Positions 24,070-37,968 of a stretch of DNA of 64,000 bases are shown here, piece after piece. A model generated the notes under the pieces. The model searched no databases, had not been told where the DNA came from, and saw only the letters and a program-made list of their open reading frames with translations. Source of the stretch: Podarcis vaucheri (lineage: Eukaryota); NCBI GenBank assembly GCA_965113315.1, contig OZ220370.1; one strand, 5' to 3'. The number at the start of each line of letters is the position of its first letter. The stretch's first letter is position 1. The position numbers and the translations under genes are program-made.

Positions 24070-27000
24070 CTCTGATTACCAGATGCTGAATGGAAATCTA
24101 CCAAAAACTGAATATGTATTACTTTGTTGACTGACTCCTCACTTTCATGGATTAGAGTTTCCCCAGATTACATGGATGTGTGGCAGCAATCAATTACATG
24201 TGGAGGATGTCCTCAGTACAGCAATGTACTTTAAGTTCATCAGTCCTTTGGTAATTTTCTTTGTTGCTCCAAATGCATCTGATATTGGAAACAAGAGAAA
24301 ACTTATGTACCTGTAGACTTGACACCTTAACACCTGGAGGATAATATCTGACATCAGAGTTTCTGAGAATTCCATCTTCAGAATTCTGTAACTGCCACCT
24401 TGTCTATAGCATGATTTTGATTCACACCAGAGCAGTAGAAGAAGGCAGAAACTGAAACATCTTGCTATAAAAAGGTCATCTGTTTTATTAAGTAAATTTA
24501 TTTATTTACTTAACAAGATTCATATATCTTTTATCGCAAAAACCTCAAAGAAGTTTATGTATACTGGTAACTATAAATAAATAAATAGCTATGTGAAAAT
24601 ACCAATAAATATTGAACACAAATATAAAATAATCCTGTGCACGCTATCTGTGACAGTTTCTTGCAAATAATTCCCTATCCCCTTAGAAGTGTTATATAAT
24701 AATTTTAGCAATTATTACCAATTTTGTGCCCATTTAACATAGATTTAAACTCTGATTCTCACTGATTGTAATGATTGCATTTCATTACCATTCAACTCCC
24801 ACCTTCCAATTTTCTCCTTTATATACCTGCCTACTAAGAATTCACTTCACGCATCTAACAACGTGGGTTTGGGTCCTCAAAAATGTATGTTACAATGCAT
24901 TTATGACATAAATTTAAGGTGCCACAAGACACATTGATTGTTTTTACTGCAAGAGATTGGCATGCTATCCCTCTGGTGTTTTTTTTTAAAGTGAGATATT
25001 GATGACTTACAAAAATGCTACCCCATACATAATGTATTTCCAATCCTGCATCCTGTGCAGTTTGCTTCTCAAAAGAATATGGTTCCCAAGTTTATTTATG
25101 GCAGGAATTCCTACCTTTAACAGCAGTATGACAAGCAGAAATTCAACAGGTGACAATTTCCGCTTCATTGCACTTCCATGCTCAGAAATGTTTCTCTGGT
25201 ACAATTTTTCCCTGTCATGCAGCTATTAAAGGCTCAAGAGCCCTGCCAGAAAAAGATAGCAACCCCAGGTGGCTGCTATGGTATTTACATTATGCTCAAA
25301 ATTCCTCAACAGGAAACAGCAAAGTATAGTTGTTGTACTACCACTAACTACTACTCCTGATATACTCCTCTATATGCCGATTTTTCTCGCTTAGCTTTAT
25401 CAGTCCATTTGCAGCTAGGATATCACCTAGTTTTGACCCTGTCTTGCTTGCATCAATCCTTTCAGCAGTTTAACTTGCCTTCCCAGCACTGAATCACTGA
25501 CTCATTTTCTTACATTATACTGTACTAGATTTGTTCACTGGCTTTGACTCACTCTTGGTCTTTTCTTCACAATATTTTAAGGTAAAATTAGACAGCAGCA
25601 GATAAGTGTTTCATTTGTATGGTCTGTATGAAGCCTTATTCTACATTATTCCCAACACATGTTCACCGAACTCATGAGAGTTGAGTGAGATCATGCCAGT
25701 AAGCCATGATTCTGGTGGTGTACGCTCAGCTTCAGTGAGAACAGCCCTTATGCATGTAGGGTCAACATGTATAGGACTTCTCCATATAAAGAGAAATCAG
25801 CCAGTCAGGATTCTCTTTATGTAGAGGAGTCCCTACAGAGATTTCAGATAAGGGAGAAACAACTGTAATTATCAAGACATGTTAAATCTCTGTATCACTC
25901 TGTTCTGTACCACCCTATTCCGCCTTGCTATTCCACACCTGGAATACTAAAATGTTGAATCCATCCACAGAAAATGGGCAGTTTTCTGATTTCATGAAGA
26001 GCAATTTTTAAAGAATATCTTGAACTTTAGAGCTTTTGAGGTGTAAAGGTAACTTTTATTTGCATGTGCTAGAAAGCATGCAGAGATTCTCTTAAGGAAC
26101 ACAGGAAGCTGGGAAAATCAGAAAGAAATGAAGCTACAAGATGACCAAAGGCTGAGCATTATGATGTAAGTGCTAAATAGGTGCACTATAACAGGGTACA
26201 CAGAAGATATTGAACAAGTGAAACAGCCCATAACAAAAACTGCATTAGTTTGTGTGTGGAGTATCTTCATCTGCTCTTTGATATATCCAGGGAATAACTG
26301 GGAGTAGAACAGTGCTGCTGACATCATGTCTTACCTATCTAGCAACCATGTGGCTCCCAAGTCTCTGCTACCATCTTGCAATGCTCTCCAAGAAGGACAC
26401 CTGGTTCCACTTCCCCATTCAGTCCCTGCCAATGAATTTGCTCATAAATAAGCACACTAGCCTGCAATTTGACCTAGCAACATAGGCCATTCCATTACTC
26501 TAGTAATTGCTTTGTTGTGAGTACTGCAAATGAACAGAGTTTTCCAAACAAGGAAAGACAGTTTACCTTTTTCTTTCCTGAAAAAAGCAATGAGAGGAAA
26601 TGGTCACAGAAAATTAACACAGCGCATATATCTTGGGAATTTTTGTTTGTGCAAGAAAATCAGAACATGAGGAAACCCCAATCCAAGATATTAAAACATG
26701 TTCAGCTAAATAACAGAGGTATAAAAGCAGCATCCAATAATATTATCATCTAACAAAACACATTTAGGGAAAGCTCTGATTGTTATTGAAAGATATTTCA
26801 AATGGGAAACATAAAATTTCAATCACAAATGCCACTGACGTTGTGACAATCTGGATTTCCATTCTTCCTTAGAACTTTTATCTCTCATTCTTGGATATGC
26901 AGCCATGCATCATTAATAGGAATGCAGCTATACATCATGCTTGCCACAGGCATTGTATAACTAAACTCTACCATAACACACACGCTCTTGCTGCCCTCTT

Positions 27001-27298
27001 TTCTTTCAGAAACACCCCCTGCCATTTTTATGTGAAATGCAAGCCCATGAGTTTTTGGAAATTGGCTTGATTTTCTAATCAATCTTACATTTGCACTTTT
27101 ATTATAATTTGATCCCTTCATCTAATTTTAGCTATATTTGTCTTTTGGCTTTCTGGTTTGCTGGACCAGGTTAAAAAGGAATGCAAGGCAGACTTGGCGT
27201 CCACAATAAAGGATGGTGAGGGAGAATAGGGGCTAATCAGGCTCTATGCTTCTGTCTCTTTTTTGTACTTTTATTTATTTTATCAATATTTTATTCCA

Positions 27299-27465
27299 GG
27301 GAGAGGCCATAGCTCAGCAGTAGGGTACATATTTCCCACCCAAAAGCTCATAGGTTTGATCCCTGACATGTCTAGGTAAGGCTGGGAATATCCACCGTCT
27401 GAAACCCTGGAGAGCTGCTGTTAGCCAGTGTAGACAATACTGAGCTAGATGGACATTATGCCCAT
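27299..27465 (+). mobile_element. Old tRNA-headed SINE (related copies at ~31183-31335 and ~60975-61093)
   Basis: tagctcagcagtag A box, ggtttgatccc B box, shared body ctgaaaccctggagagctgctg...gtagacaatactgagctagatggac. Confidence 0.65.
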
Positions 27466-28673
27466 TTAGGTCAGTGCCTGAAACTTCAAAAGAAGCTTCA
27501 CAGGAGGGATTATGCAAACTGGCTCTGGGCTGGTGCTTAATAGGCATTTTTCATAGGTTATTTTTCAATTAGAAAGGGCTTGTATTGGACCTCGTCATTT
27601 TTTACTGAATTGTGTGTTTCTGCACAATGAGCCATAGAATCATAGAACTGCACAGGTGGAAGGGACCCTGAGGGTCATCTAGTCCAACCCCCTGCAATGC
27701 AAGAATCTCAACACGTGGTCTCCCATCCAATTTGAAACCATACTATTTGGAAATGTGCTAACAGGTTTATTATTATTATTATTGCTGGCCATGATATGCT
27801 TTTGTGTCTTTTTTGATATTATTTTGTTGCTTTCATTTGTTAATGGTTTGTTATTGTTATGAACTGCTTTGAGGTAACTTTGTTGCTGGAAAAGTGGCAT
27901 ACAAATATGAAACCAATGGCCCTGGTAACAAGCAGCTGTCTAAGTTCCTATTTGTTTTGCCATTGTGTGTGCATTTTTATTATGATGTGAGCTGTTTTTG
28001 ATACTTTTTGAGGCAGACATGGTGGATAAGCTTTTAAAACAACAGTTACACGAAGACAGACTGATGTAAATACTGCATTTCTAAGTACAACAATTGCATG
28101 TTCTAGGGGAGTCATTAGTTCTTCAGATATCCAAAGCCTTCATTAAAGCTGTCTAGCACACAGTGTTGAGGCTGCTGCTTTAGTAATGTGCCAGTGCTTG
28201 CTCAAGCTTTACAATGCAGGGCTGAGACCAACCTTAACACAGCACTGAATCAGAAGCCCTGGTGCTTGCAACTGCTGAGTGAATAAAGTGAGATGCAGAG
28301 AATTTATTGGGGCCACTGAGAATTGTTCATCAAATTAAATTTGGGTGTCAAAATGGGTATAGTTTGTGCACAACTATGATAAATGAAAACTGTCAATCTT
28401 CAAACAGTATAATGGGGACATATCAAGAGATTATTCACCCCAATTTCCTCCTTTGTCCCTATTATTCTATGACTAATCAAAGCAATTTGCTGTGCCTTTT
28501 TAACACTAATTTTGAGCAAATGCCTAAAGGATTCATTGGCTCTGTCTCATGTTCAGGAACAGAAATGGCAAAGTATTCAGGAGCTGAAAAATGCACCCTT
28601 ATGGCAGAAAAGCGGCAAGGAGCGGCAAACCAGCAACCCCAATTTAAATACTCTCTTTAAAGAGGTAGCATTA

Positions 28674-28915
28674 CAGTGGTACCTCGGATTAAGTACTTAA
28701 TTTGTTCCGGAGGTACGTTCTTAACCTGAAACCATTCTTAACCTGAAGCACCACTTTAGCTAATGGTGCCTCCTGCTGCCGCTGTGCCGCCAGAGCACGA
28801 TTTCTGTTCTCATCCTGAAGCAAAGTTATTTACCTGTGGTACTATTTCTGGGTTAGCGGAGTCTGTGACCTGAAGCGTATGTAACCTGAAGCGTATGTAA
28901 CCTGAGGTACCACTG
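28674..28915. mobile_element. Tc1/mariner (pogo/Tigger-like) MITE
   Basis: TIR CAGTGGTACCTC...GAGGTACCACTG with TA on both sides; subterminal aacctgaa repeats. Confidence 0.92.
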
Positions 28916-31900
28916 TACAATGCATTTATGCATTTATTTTTTTTAAAAAATAAATGCATATTTTAAACACTTGTCTCATCTAGATGACTGAAAAGAAATG
29001 AGGGAGGGGTGTTGGGATTATATAATCCAGTTGATCCTTGCCTATTTTATAATGTGTAATTTTAAATGTATAATTTTACATGCTGTTTCCATACATGCCA
29101 TAATGCAAACTATCCCTCTGGGGGATAGGCAAGAAATGTACAGGCAACTCCTCATGCATGGAGGGGTTACATTCCAAGGCACCACACATTTATGTGAAAT
29201 CGTGTATATTGGGACCACCACTGAACCCTGTAAACCTCTGGGAACTCTTGAGAAACCCCTTTTAAAAATCAGCAGCACTCCTGGGATAGCACTTGCAAAA
29301 GCTTGTGGGATTGTTAGATGCTGTTTTCATGCCATGTTCGCTCTTTTGGGGGGGGGTGCAATATTGCCCCTTTAAGTGCCACTTCCAGACTGATGGCGAT
29401 GCATGTGTCTCAAACATGTGTAAATGGGGAATTGCCTGTAAATCATCAATCAAGATGTTTTTCTTCCTTAATTTATAACTAGTATCTTGTAAACTTTGGC
29501 TTGACCTTGTGTTTGGCACCGCCTAGCAAAGTGCTCAGCCCAGCTTCATGCAGCCTCGCAGTTTAGGGGAGTTAGAACAATAAAACGAGGAGATAAAACA
29601 ATAAATTAAGACAACAAAAAAGAAGCACTAAAAGGAGTTAAGTAAAATGGAAGAGAGGAGCAGAAACTTGCCTTAGAGTTGGCCTTAGAGCTCAAAACCC
29701 TGCTTCAAGCATTCGGTGGCCATCTTCCTCCCATTAAATTAACAAAAGATTAACTGACTTGAAAAACAACACCTTCTAAACCCTATTCAGGTGTCTCCAT
29801 GCAATCTCAACATGCACTGCCAAAGAATCTACCCTGCTTGGGATAAAACTAGCAAGAGTCCATTTCCCCCCACTGCACAGAATTAGATTGCTCCCCAGTC
29901 TTGCATTAGGGAAGCATGACATTGCACCAGCAAGGATGTGGCAATATCCTTTTGCCTGTGGGATGATGGCAGTATGAGGAAAAACCTGGGTGACTGGGAG
30001 CTTGATGAATGAGAATGTTGGCTTAGTTCATTCCTTGGCAAATATGGCTAGAGTCTTGGTGTAAAATTCAATCTCCTTTGTAGCCACTAATGATATTATA
30101 CAGGTGATATTATTAAAGAAACACCAGTAATAAAACTAACAACCAGTAATGACATCTTCTTTTCAAAATTGCATACTATCAAGAAATCTAATTCCAATTG
30201 GATTCATTTTTTTTAAAGCCCACTAAGATTTTTTTTTTTTAAAAAAAACTCAGCGATATCAGGATAGAACAGCATGTGTTTTAGCCCTGGTTCATCCTCA
30301 TCTTCTTAACCAGTACAACAAGACAAAAGCATTAAAGTAAAATTAATCATGTCAAAAGATTTTAGCAAAAACAAGTGAGACCATGCAGAAAGCATCGCTT
30401 TGTCTAGGGTGAAGTCTCGCTCTGATTAAAAACATATAATGTAAGTAAAAGTAATACATCATTGCCTTGGTGTTAAGGAAATTTTTGGAAGAACTCCACA
30501 ACCAGAAATATAAGAAATCTATATATTCTTTATCTCTTGCAGGTTTATTTCTAACAAGTGAAGCAATACTGTTCATTAAAATTCAGCCAAATATTTTTTT
30601 TAAAGGACTGAACAAAAACATTGTCGTAAATATTACATAATCCGACTACAATATAAACAGCAGCCTCTGCTTTTCATTTGACTGATGTGTAAAAACTCCA
30701 GTGTTAAGCAGATTCCAAACTCAATTTAAAGTATAATGAGAGTATTTATAGTGATAAAGTCACAGTCAACAATGCAAAGCTTTTGCTGCTACTCTGAACC
30801 ACCCAATTTTGCTATATGTCGCAGACAATACTCATTTATTTTAAATGCATGTTTTGTGCAGGCCCTGTGTTTGAGAACAACGTGTGAGTCAGCAAAGAAG
30901 CTTTTTTCTGCATTTAGCATTTTCACTTAACTTGCAGAACACAAATGAGATAAAAACACTTGTTCAAAATAAGATATATTTGCTTGCATCCTTCAGTCTC
31001 CTTTTCCTTTGTTTCCAGATATCCTATGAAAAATACAATCATTTAAAAGTACCATGCATGTGCATTGTGATGTTGCATTGCACACAAAAATCTCAATTCC
31101 TTCAATCTTTCTCCCCTTCCAATATGTCATTTAAAACTGGAAGCAGCCCCATGCTTCTTCCTCTGGTTCCATGACTAAGATTGGGAGGGGCCATATCTCG
31201 GTAGGTTTGATTGCAGAAGGTCCTAAGTTCAGTCACTGGCCTCTACAGATAGATTGCTGTCTGAAACCCCAGAGAACCACTGTGTGTCACAGAAGACAGT
31301 ACAGAGCTAAATTGACTCATCATCTGGCTTCATATGTTTCTATATGTGCCCTGTACTTCTAAGACAGTGCTTCTCAAGCTAGCTGATATGGTGGAACCGC
31401 ATTCCCCCCCCCCCAAATGTGCCAAGTCAAGGTACCATATTTAGTTCCTGAATTATCCCACCCAACCTGGGCTGTGGTGGAGCTGCAGGGGACTGCATCC
31501 TATGGCTCATGGACCAGCACCAGTCTGTGGCCCACCACACTGAGTACTGCTGTTCTAAGAAAAGTGCAATTATTTCTATTGATAGAAATACTTGAGGGAT
31601 GTTGTGTAGCCAACAGTAAGTATAGACGATAACAATAACCTTGGTCAGCATATATTAAAAAATCAAACCAGGCAAAGCAAGAACTTTTCCTTGCAGAGCT
31701 ACCATGCACGACATCCACACTAAGCCTGCAGCTCTCTTCATTTCTTATGGAGACCAGCATTTATGATTTGTTTAACTATTCTATGAAATAAATTAACTGA
31801 TGCAGCCAGATATTGCTTTTCCTCTTAGAAATGGGAAAAAAGATATAGGAAGGATGCACCTCCCCACTCATCCAAAATCTCACATCTGATTCTTTATTTG

Positions 31901-32337
31901 ATTGCATCTCCAAGATCCATAGTTCCAACATAACGTTTTCCTTAGTCCTATGAGAACATCAAAGCATTCATCCAATTATGCTTATGGCTTCTCTCTCACT
32001 ACTGTCCAGTTCTATAGATGCCAAGATGACGCAGCATAAAGAAGATATGGAAATCTAGGAAACTCTCACAGGCACCAATACCCATAGCACTGAAGAAAAG
32101 CTGGTAATGTTCACACAGGCCAAACACCTACATCCCCCAAAGACAGAAGGGCTTCCAGTAGCCCCAGACTCTTTCTTTCCCTTCCTAGGAAGAATGCCTT
32201 TGGGCTCACTTGAGGCTGGATACATTCTGTGGAAATATAAATAAAAATCAGGAGTGGTGGGGCAGGCATGGTGGGCACCACTGGGGGTGTTTAGGAGACT
32301 ACAGTGCCCACAAGTGCCACAGAAGGGATCCCAGATC

Positions 32338-32484
32338 CAGTGGCGTAGCATGGGGGGTGCAGGGGGCCCCGGCCGCACCGGGCACAACATCTGGGGGTTA
32401 GGGTTAGGGGGCGCAAATCCACGGGTTAGGGGGCACAAATTACTTGCCTTGCCCCGGGTGCTGACAACCCACGCTATGCCACTG
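32338..32484. mobile_element. hAT MITE with perfect 8-bp TSD
   Basis: TIR CAGTGGCGTAGC / GCTATGCCACTG; TSD CCCAGATC at 32330-32337 and 32485-32492. Confidence 0.92.
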
Positions 32485-35400
32485 CCCAGATCAAAGGTAT
32501 CCCTCTGGAAGCAGTTTGCTGGGTGGGGCAAAGGCGCTACAGTCGCTTCCTGGCAAGTGGGCTACTGTTGCTTACCAGGAGGGAAGGAGTGAGTCAGTGG
32601 TGGTGAGGTTGACATGGTATCTGGCTTCAATGGTGCATTTGCACTATGCAGACCACTGTGCCGCTTTGCCCTCTCTGTCCCAGTAAGCAACCGTGACCCG
32701 CCTGCCAGGAAGCTACGTAGTGCAGTGGCTCTGCTCCACCCAACGAGCTGCTTCTTGATGCCCCAGAATTTATGTGTTCACTTGCTTGCCACAATGACAC
32801 CGATAATGATCTGATAGAGACACTATACATAACTTCCAGGAGGCCTGGATCCTGGAGGCCTCAAAACATCTCTACAGACAGAATGATTTCAGAGGTGCTC
32901 CACAAACTGTAGCCTCTGTCCATTAGCACCGTGTCCATTAGCACCGTTACAAAAGAAACTTTATAATGGGTTCTAAAACAATGGCCTCAGAAAGCATGTT
33001 TGCAACCTTTTCATGTGGTGAAAATCACATCACCTGAGTGTGTTCTTCCCTTTGGTGTCATGAGAAAACATCGTCTGTTAGAGTAAGTACATTAAATAAA
33101 AGTGCATTTGTTTAAATATTTTATTATATTTTTTTCTTCAGCTGCTTTTTATATTTTTCTTCTACCTAATGTTACTGAGCTGGGTTATTACAGTGTGATT
33201 TAAGAAGTCCTTTAGCGCATATCTGGGGGTGGGGAGAAAGGGTTTTAAAAACTGATTATCAAAGTTTTCTCTGGCAGTGTCTAAGTGAAGCCGTCTCATC
33301 TTCCCTCCAATATACAAGCTGCAGAAAGCTTACAGAACATTGATTGATTCTGTGGCAGCCTTATCTCCCCACTTCCAAAATGCTGTGAACAGCAACTTCC
33401 AGGCTATGTTTAGTCTCTCTTATTTGCCATTCAGAGCCACCTTGGCGAAGAGTCCTACAACCAACACCAAAGGCTACTAGTGTCAGAGGTGACCAAAGAA
33501 GTAAGTTTTGATAAAGATATTAGATCAATATTCTGGTTTGGCGCTTTATTTTCCTTTTGATTGTGCATACTCAGTGCTAGCCACCAACACACCTGCCAAG
33601 TCAGTTATAATTCTTCATACAGCATATATAGAGGGGGGAAAACAGTTGAGTGGTTTTGGGAGACTCCAGTCTGGAAGCACCAAATACTTTTCCTACATTG
33701 TATGAGACCAGTGAATTAAAAGTGACAGTCAAGTCTTTAAAAGCAGTAAGTATGCATTTGATAAATATTTCATTTGGTGCTGCATTGCAAGTGAGATTCC
33801 TGATGTATATATTCCACAGTGAGTTCTCTTTCATTTGCTCCTGCCTGAGAACAACTCTACTGTACAATCAATCTCAGAAGCGCAATCTCAGAAGCAAACT
33901 GAGTCTTTTTTTCAGACTAATATTTTACTGTATATAATTAGTTGTTTTTTTTAAAGAAAGATCTTGCAATGTAAACATACTATGTATACTCTGATATACT
34001 TTCTTTTTACAGATGAAATTCAATTGGTGGTACATCTTGTGTAAGTGAAACACAGCAATTCCTGTAAACCTGAAAGTTATGACACCTTATTTGGTTGTTG
34101 TATAAATCTCTTCTTTTAAACAACTAGAGAAGGAAGGAAAGTATAAACACATACAAATGCGGATAAAAGTGGTATAGAACAATATATTTTGTTAAATGCA
34201 CATTTTCACTCTATGAGAATCTGCATCTGCCAAACATGCCCTCTTCAGTACTATGAAAAATCTGTGACACTGGTCATCCCAAAGGGAGGTAAAAAAATGG
34301 AAGCCAGTAGTAATACATGTATACACACATACACAACTGTGTCCAGTGTTGCAGTTTGAAACTACACTTGAGTCCTGAGAAAAGTGATATAATTTTCTAA
34401 GATACTAAGGAAGATGAGATGGGTCACTAAGGTGTTGTGGGCACAATTAGTACCTTTGAGCACTGGCAGTAGTTGGAGCTATTGTACCGGTGCTGTTCCC
34501 TGCATGGTACATCTCCCCCCCCCCCCCGCACCAAGCTTGTGTTCGCTCCACTGCAGGTAAAGTGGCCTCTTAGGATCAGGCTGCCTGGGAAACAGCATTT
34601 CTGTTAGAAAATCTAAGTTTCACAAGTTGTCCGGCTTTTAAAGTATGGCTTTGATTTATGGATCAGAATTGCTCGTTTATAATTTTATCTGAACAGCTTT
34701 AGGCAATTCTGACAGTTAAAAATGTAGTTTTATTGACCAGTGCAGCTAGTCTGCCCACAAGGGGACCAGTAAATACACAGCCTACTGCACCAGGAAAAAA
34801 CACTATTATTTGATTCCATGACCACGTTAGATTGGAAATCGTAACCACTATAACAATAAGTTCCAAAGCTTAAGACAAAATGCTTGCTGTAAAACATAGT
34901 TGCTGTTGAGAAAGAAGGGGACAGATCTGGATAGAAAACCTGCCAGTACAGTTTACTGAAGCTGACCTGTACCACTGATACCTGGCTGTGTCAGTGAGAG
35001 CTGTGGAAGACCGCAATGGGAGTGAGGGGGCAATTCTCTATGACATGAGTGGTGTAAAAGGGTATGCAGTACAATGCAATATGCCATGAGCTCTAAAGTA
35101 TAATATAAATAGGACACAATCCAATTAGAAAGCTAGGAATTTCCAAGTCGCATCAGTTTCCGTGTGAGTGATCTAGGCATGTTTTGAACTCTCCTACTTA
35201 AATTAGTGGCACTTGGTCTTAACTGGCTGGATTGTGTCCACAGCATATAATATACACTGTAATAAAAGGCAAAGGTACCTAGAGGAGGAGGCAGGTTTAT
35301 TTAAGAAAGCTTTGCCAGTTTTCACTATAAGCGTACTAAAATGATTTTAAGACAGATTTAATTTAGGCTTGTTCTGTTGTACAGGTACTATCTCCTACAA

Positions 35401-35540
35401 TCTCAATTTACTCTTCCATTGTGAAACCTGTGTAATATATAAACAAATCTCTGTAGGGAAGCAAATCAATAAAGTGTCTAATTTGATTAACCATGTTTTA
35501 AAATTCATCAAGGTAATTCAACGTAAAGTAAACTGCTTAC

Positions 35541-35662
35541 TTGTCAGTATTTTCCATGTCTTCTTTTCATCATCATAATACTGAACCAAATTGCTGGGTA
35601 GCCGGTCAGGTCCAGGGGGCAGTCCACCAACCAACAAAAGCATTTTCTTGTTGGAGCGAATT
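35541..35662 (-). CDS. KLHL14: KLHL14 coding exon (122 nt)
   Basis: Encodes (R)IRSNKKMLLLVGGLPPGPDRLPSNLVQYYDDEKKTWKILT; acceptor ttttgggtgaAG|, donor |GTAAGC; phases match both neighbours. Confidence 0.96.
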
Positions 35663-37131
35663 CTTCACCCAAAAGAGAGAGAAGATGAATAACCACATTA
35701 TTGGAGAATATTTTTAGTAGCAACAAAATCATAACCATCATAGGAATGTTCACTGCTTGTAGTTTTCTATTTTACTTTTTTTTTGTTTTGTTTCCTTTCC
35801 CTATCATGTCTCAACAACTTTTTGAATCAAGCAGAAAAAAATAATAAGAAAGCTGCATAGCCCTCTATTTGTGGAATAATAAGTTTCCTTTATGCAATTT
35901 GTTAAAGGTTTTTTCTAGAATGACCTTTTTCTCATATTATCCCTTTAAATCATCACTCTTTACAGCTGAATACACATGAAATGCTCTGGAGTTGTACTAA
36001 GGTTAAACATTAAAGTTGCATGTCTAAAATCGTATTAGTCAAAATCATTATTATAAAGCCATTCTGCACCCAAAGAACCTTGAAAAAATTAAGGCTATGC
36101 AGAGAGATTCTGAACCAATTCTTTAATCACACACTGAAACTTAGATTCCAACACTTCTGGCACAATTAGTAGCAGTGTGCTAACAGGTACAGGCTGAACT
36201 CTACTTACTTACAAAACCCTTTTTTTTGTTTTGTTTAATTTAGCCCTACATTGCCTCCTCCCCCTCCACAGCCCCTCCTTTCTCTGCTCTCCCTCTGAGC
36301 ACCACTGGCTATAGCANNNNNNNNNNNNNNNNNNNNNNNNNNNNNNNNNNNNNNNNNNNNNNNNNNNNNNNNNNNNNNNNNNNNNNNNNNNNNNNNNNNN
36401 NNNNNNNNNNNNNNNNNNNNNNNNNNNNNNNNNNNNNNNNNNNNNNNNNNNNNNNNNNNNNNNNNNNNNNNNNNNNNNNNNNNNNNNNNNNNNNNNNNNN
36501 NNNNNNNNNNNNNNNNNNNNNNNNNNNNNNNNNNNNNNNNNNNNNNNNNNNNTGCCTGGCAGTTCTTAAGAACAGGACTGCAACGTCTCATATGCAGTAA
36601 AAGCTGTAATATGCACCCTGGCCTCCATCGCTATACCTGATGAATGCACGTTTCTTTGTAACACTAATGGCTTTAACACAATTTCAAGAGAAAAGGGGAG
36701 AGGAGACCTAGACCCCTAGATGAGTACTGATGCTTTAATAGTCACTTTACATATAATTGAACATCTATCAGTTACAGAAGCCTGGAAAAGTGATAAAATT
36801 CTAAATAGGGAACCATGGTAAGGCAATTCATCCTACTGTGATGTGAAATTTTAACTATATGCACATGCTATGGACGTATGTTATATGCCTGATGCAACGT
36901 CTCACTGCAGGGTTGCTGACCTACTTGGTTACCCTGCAATCTTTATTGCATTAATCAATGGTTCTGGAAAGCAAAACAGGACTTGTTTCCATTAACCGGT
37001 TTGAATTATTACTGAACCATTTTAGGTACATTAAAAAAGAGGGCAACACTTCTGATGCTGAGATACTCTGTTAATATAAAAGTACTTCAGTAAAGGGAGC
37101 TTTATCACTAATGTCCACACACTGCATTCTT

Positions 37132-37140
37132 ACAACAACA

Positions 37141-37174
<34 letters not shown>
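37132..37174. repeat. (CAA)n(CTA)n microsatellite
   Basis: Read directly. Confidence 0.95.
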
Positions 37175-37968
37175 AAGCCTGTATATGTTTGACCAACTAA
37201 TTATATTAGCATAGTGCTCTAATGGAAACATTCGTGGAAAATGATCTCAGGTGAGTTTGGAATTTTGTCTGTATAGCCTTATTATCTTAATCAAGATATT
37301 GAAGGTGCAATCCTATTCAAGCCTACTCAGAGGTAAGCACCACTTAGTTCAATGGGACTTCAGATGTGTGCGTGCAGCAGATGTAGGGAACCTGTGGCGC
37401 TCCAAATCTTGCTGAAATTGGCCATGCTTGCTGGGGCTGATGGGAATTGTAGTTCAACAACTTCTGGAAGGCCAAAGGTACTACACACTTGGTGTATAGG
37501 ACTGGACCACAAATATTACAATTGCAATTACAACAAACTAAGGCTGCAATCCTAAATGCACTTACTTGCACCCTCCTTCATATACAACTCTTTATTATAA
37601 CACCACAATTCAGTGCTATTCTAATGTGCACATTACAGAACATATACAGCTCACCTCCTGTGCTTGGGTTTTATCTCTAACCTAGTAAATCAGAAGCAGA
37701 TGGCCACACAATGTGGAAGTCACAGGCCAGATGTTATGCCAAAGCTAAGGCCACAGGACCTCCAGTTCTTGTTCAGGCTGCCTGTGCTACTTGTGACTAG
37801 CGGTGGGCAAACTCCTCTTGGTCAGAACTGGGCTCTTAAAAAACACCCCAAGTTTCTCCCAAACTCAGAAAATAGCTTAGTTCTCTCCAACCCAGTTCTG
37901 AGTTTGTTTTGGACTTGGCTGCACCCTGATGATGATGCTGGAGCATGACAGGATGTGATCCATTTACC

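Noticed and set aside
28725-28905. Spaced aacctgaa repeats resembling a CRISPR-like array
   Set aside because: Subterminal repeats inside a TA-flanked mariner-type MITE in a eukaryotic intron.
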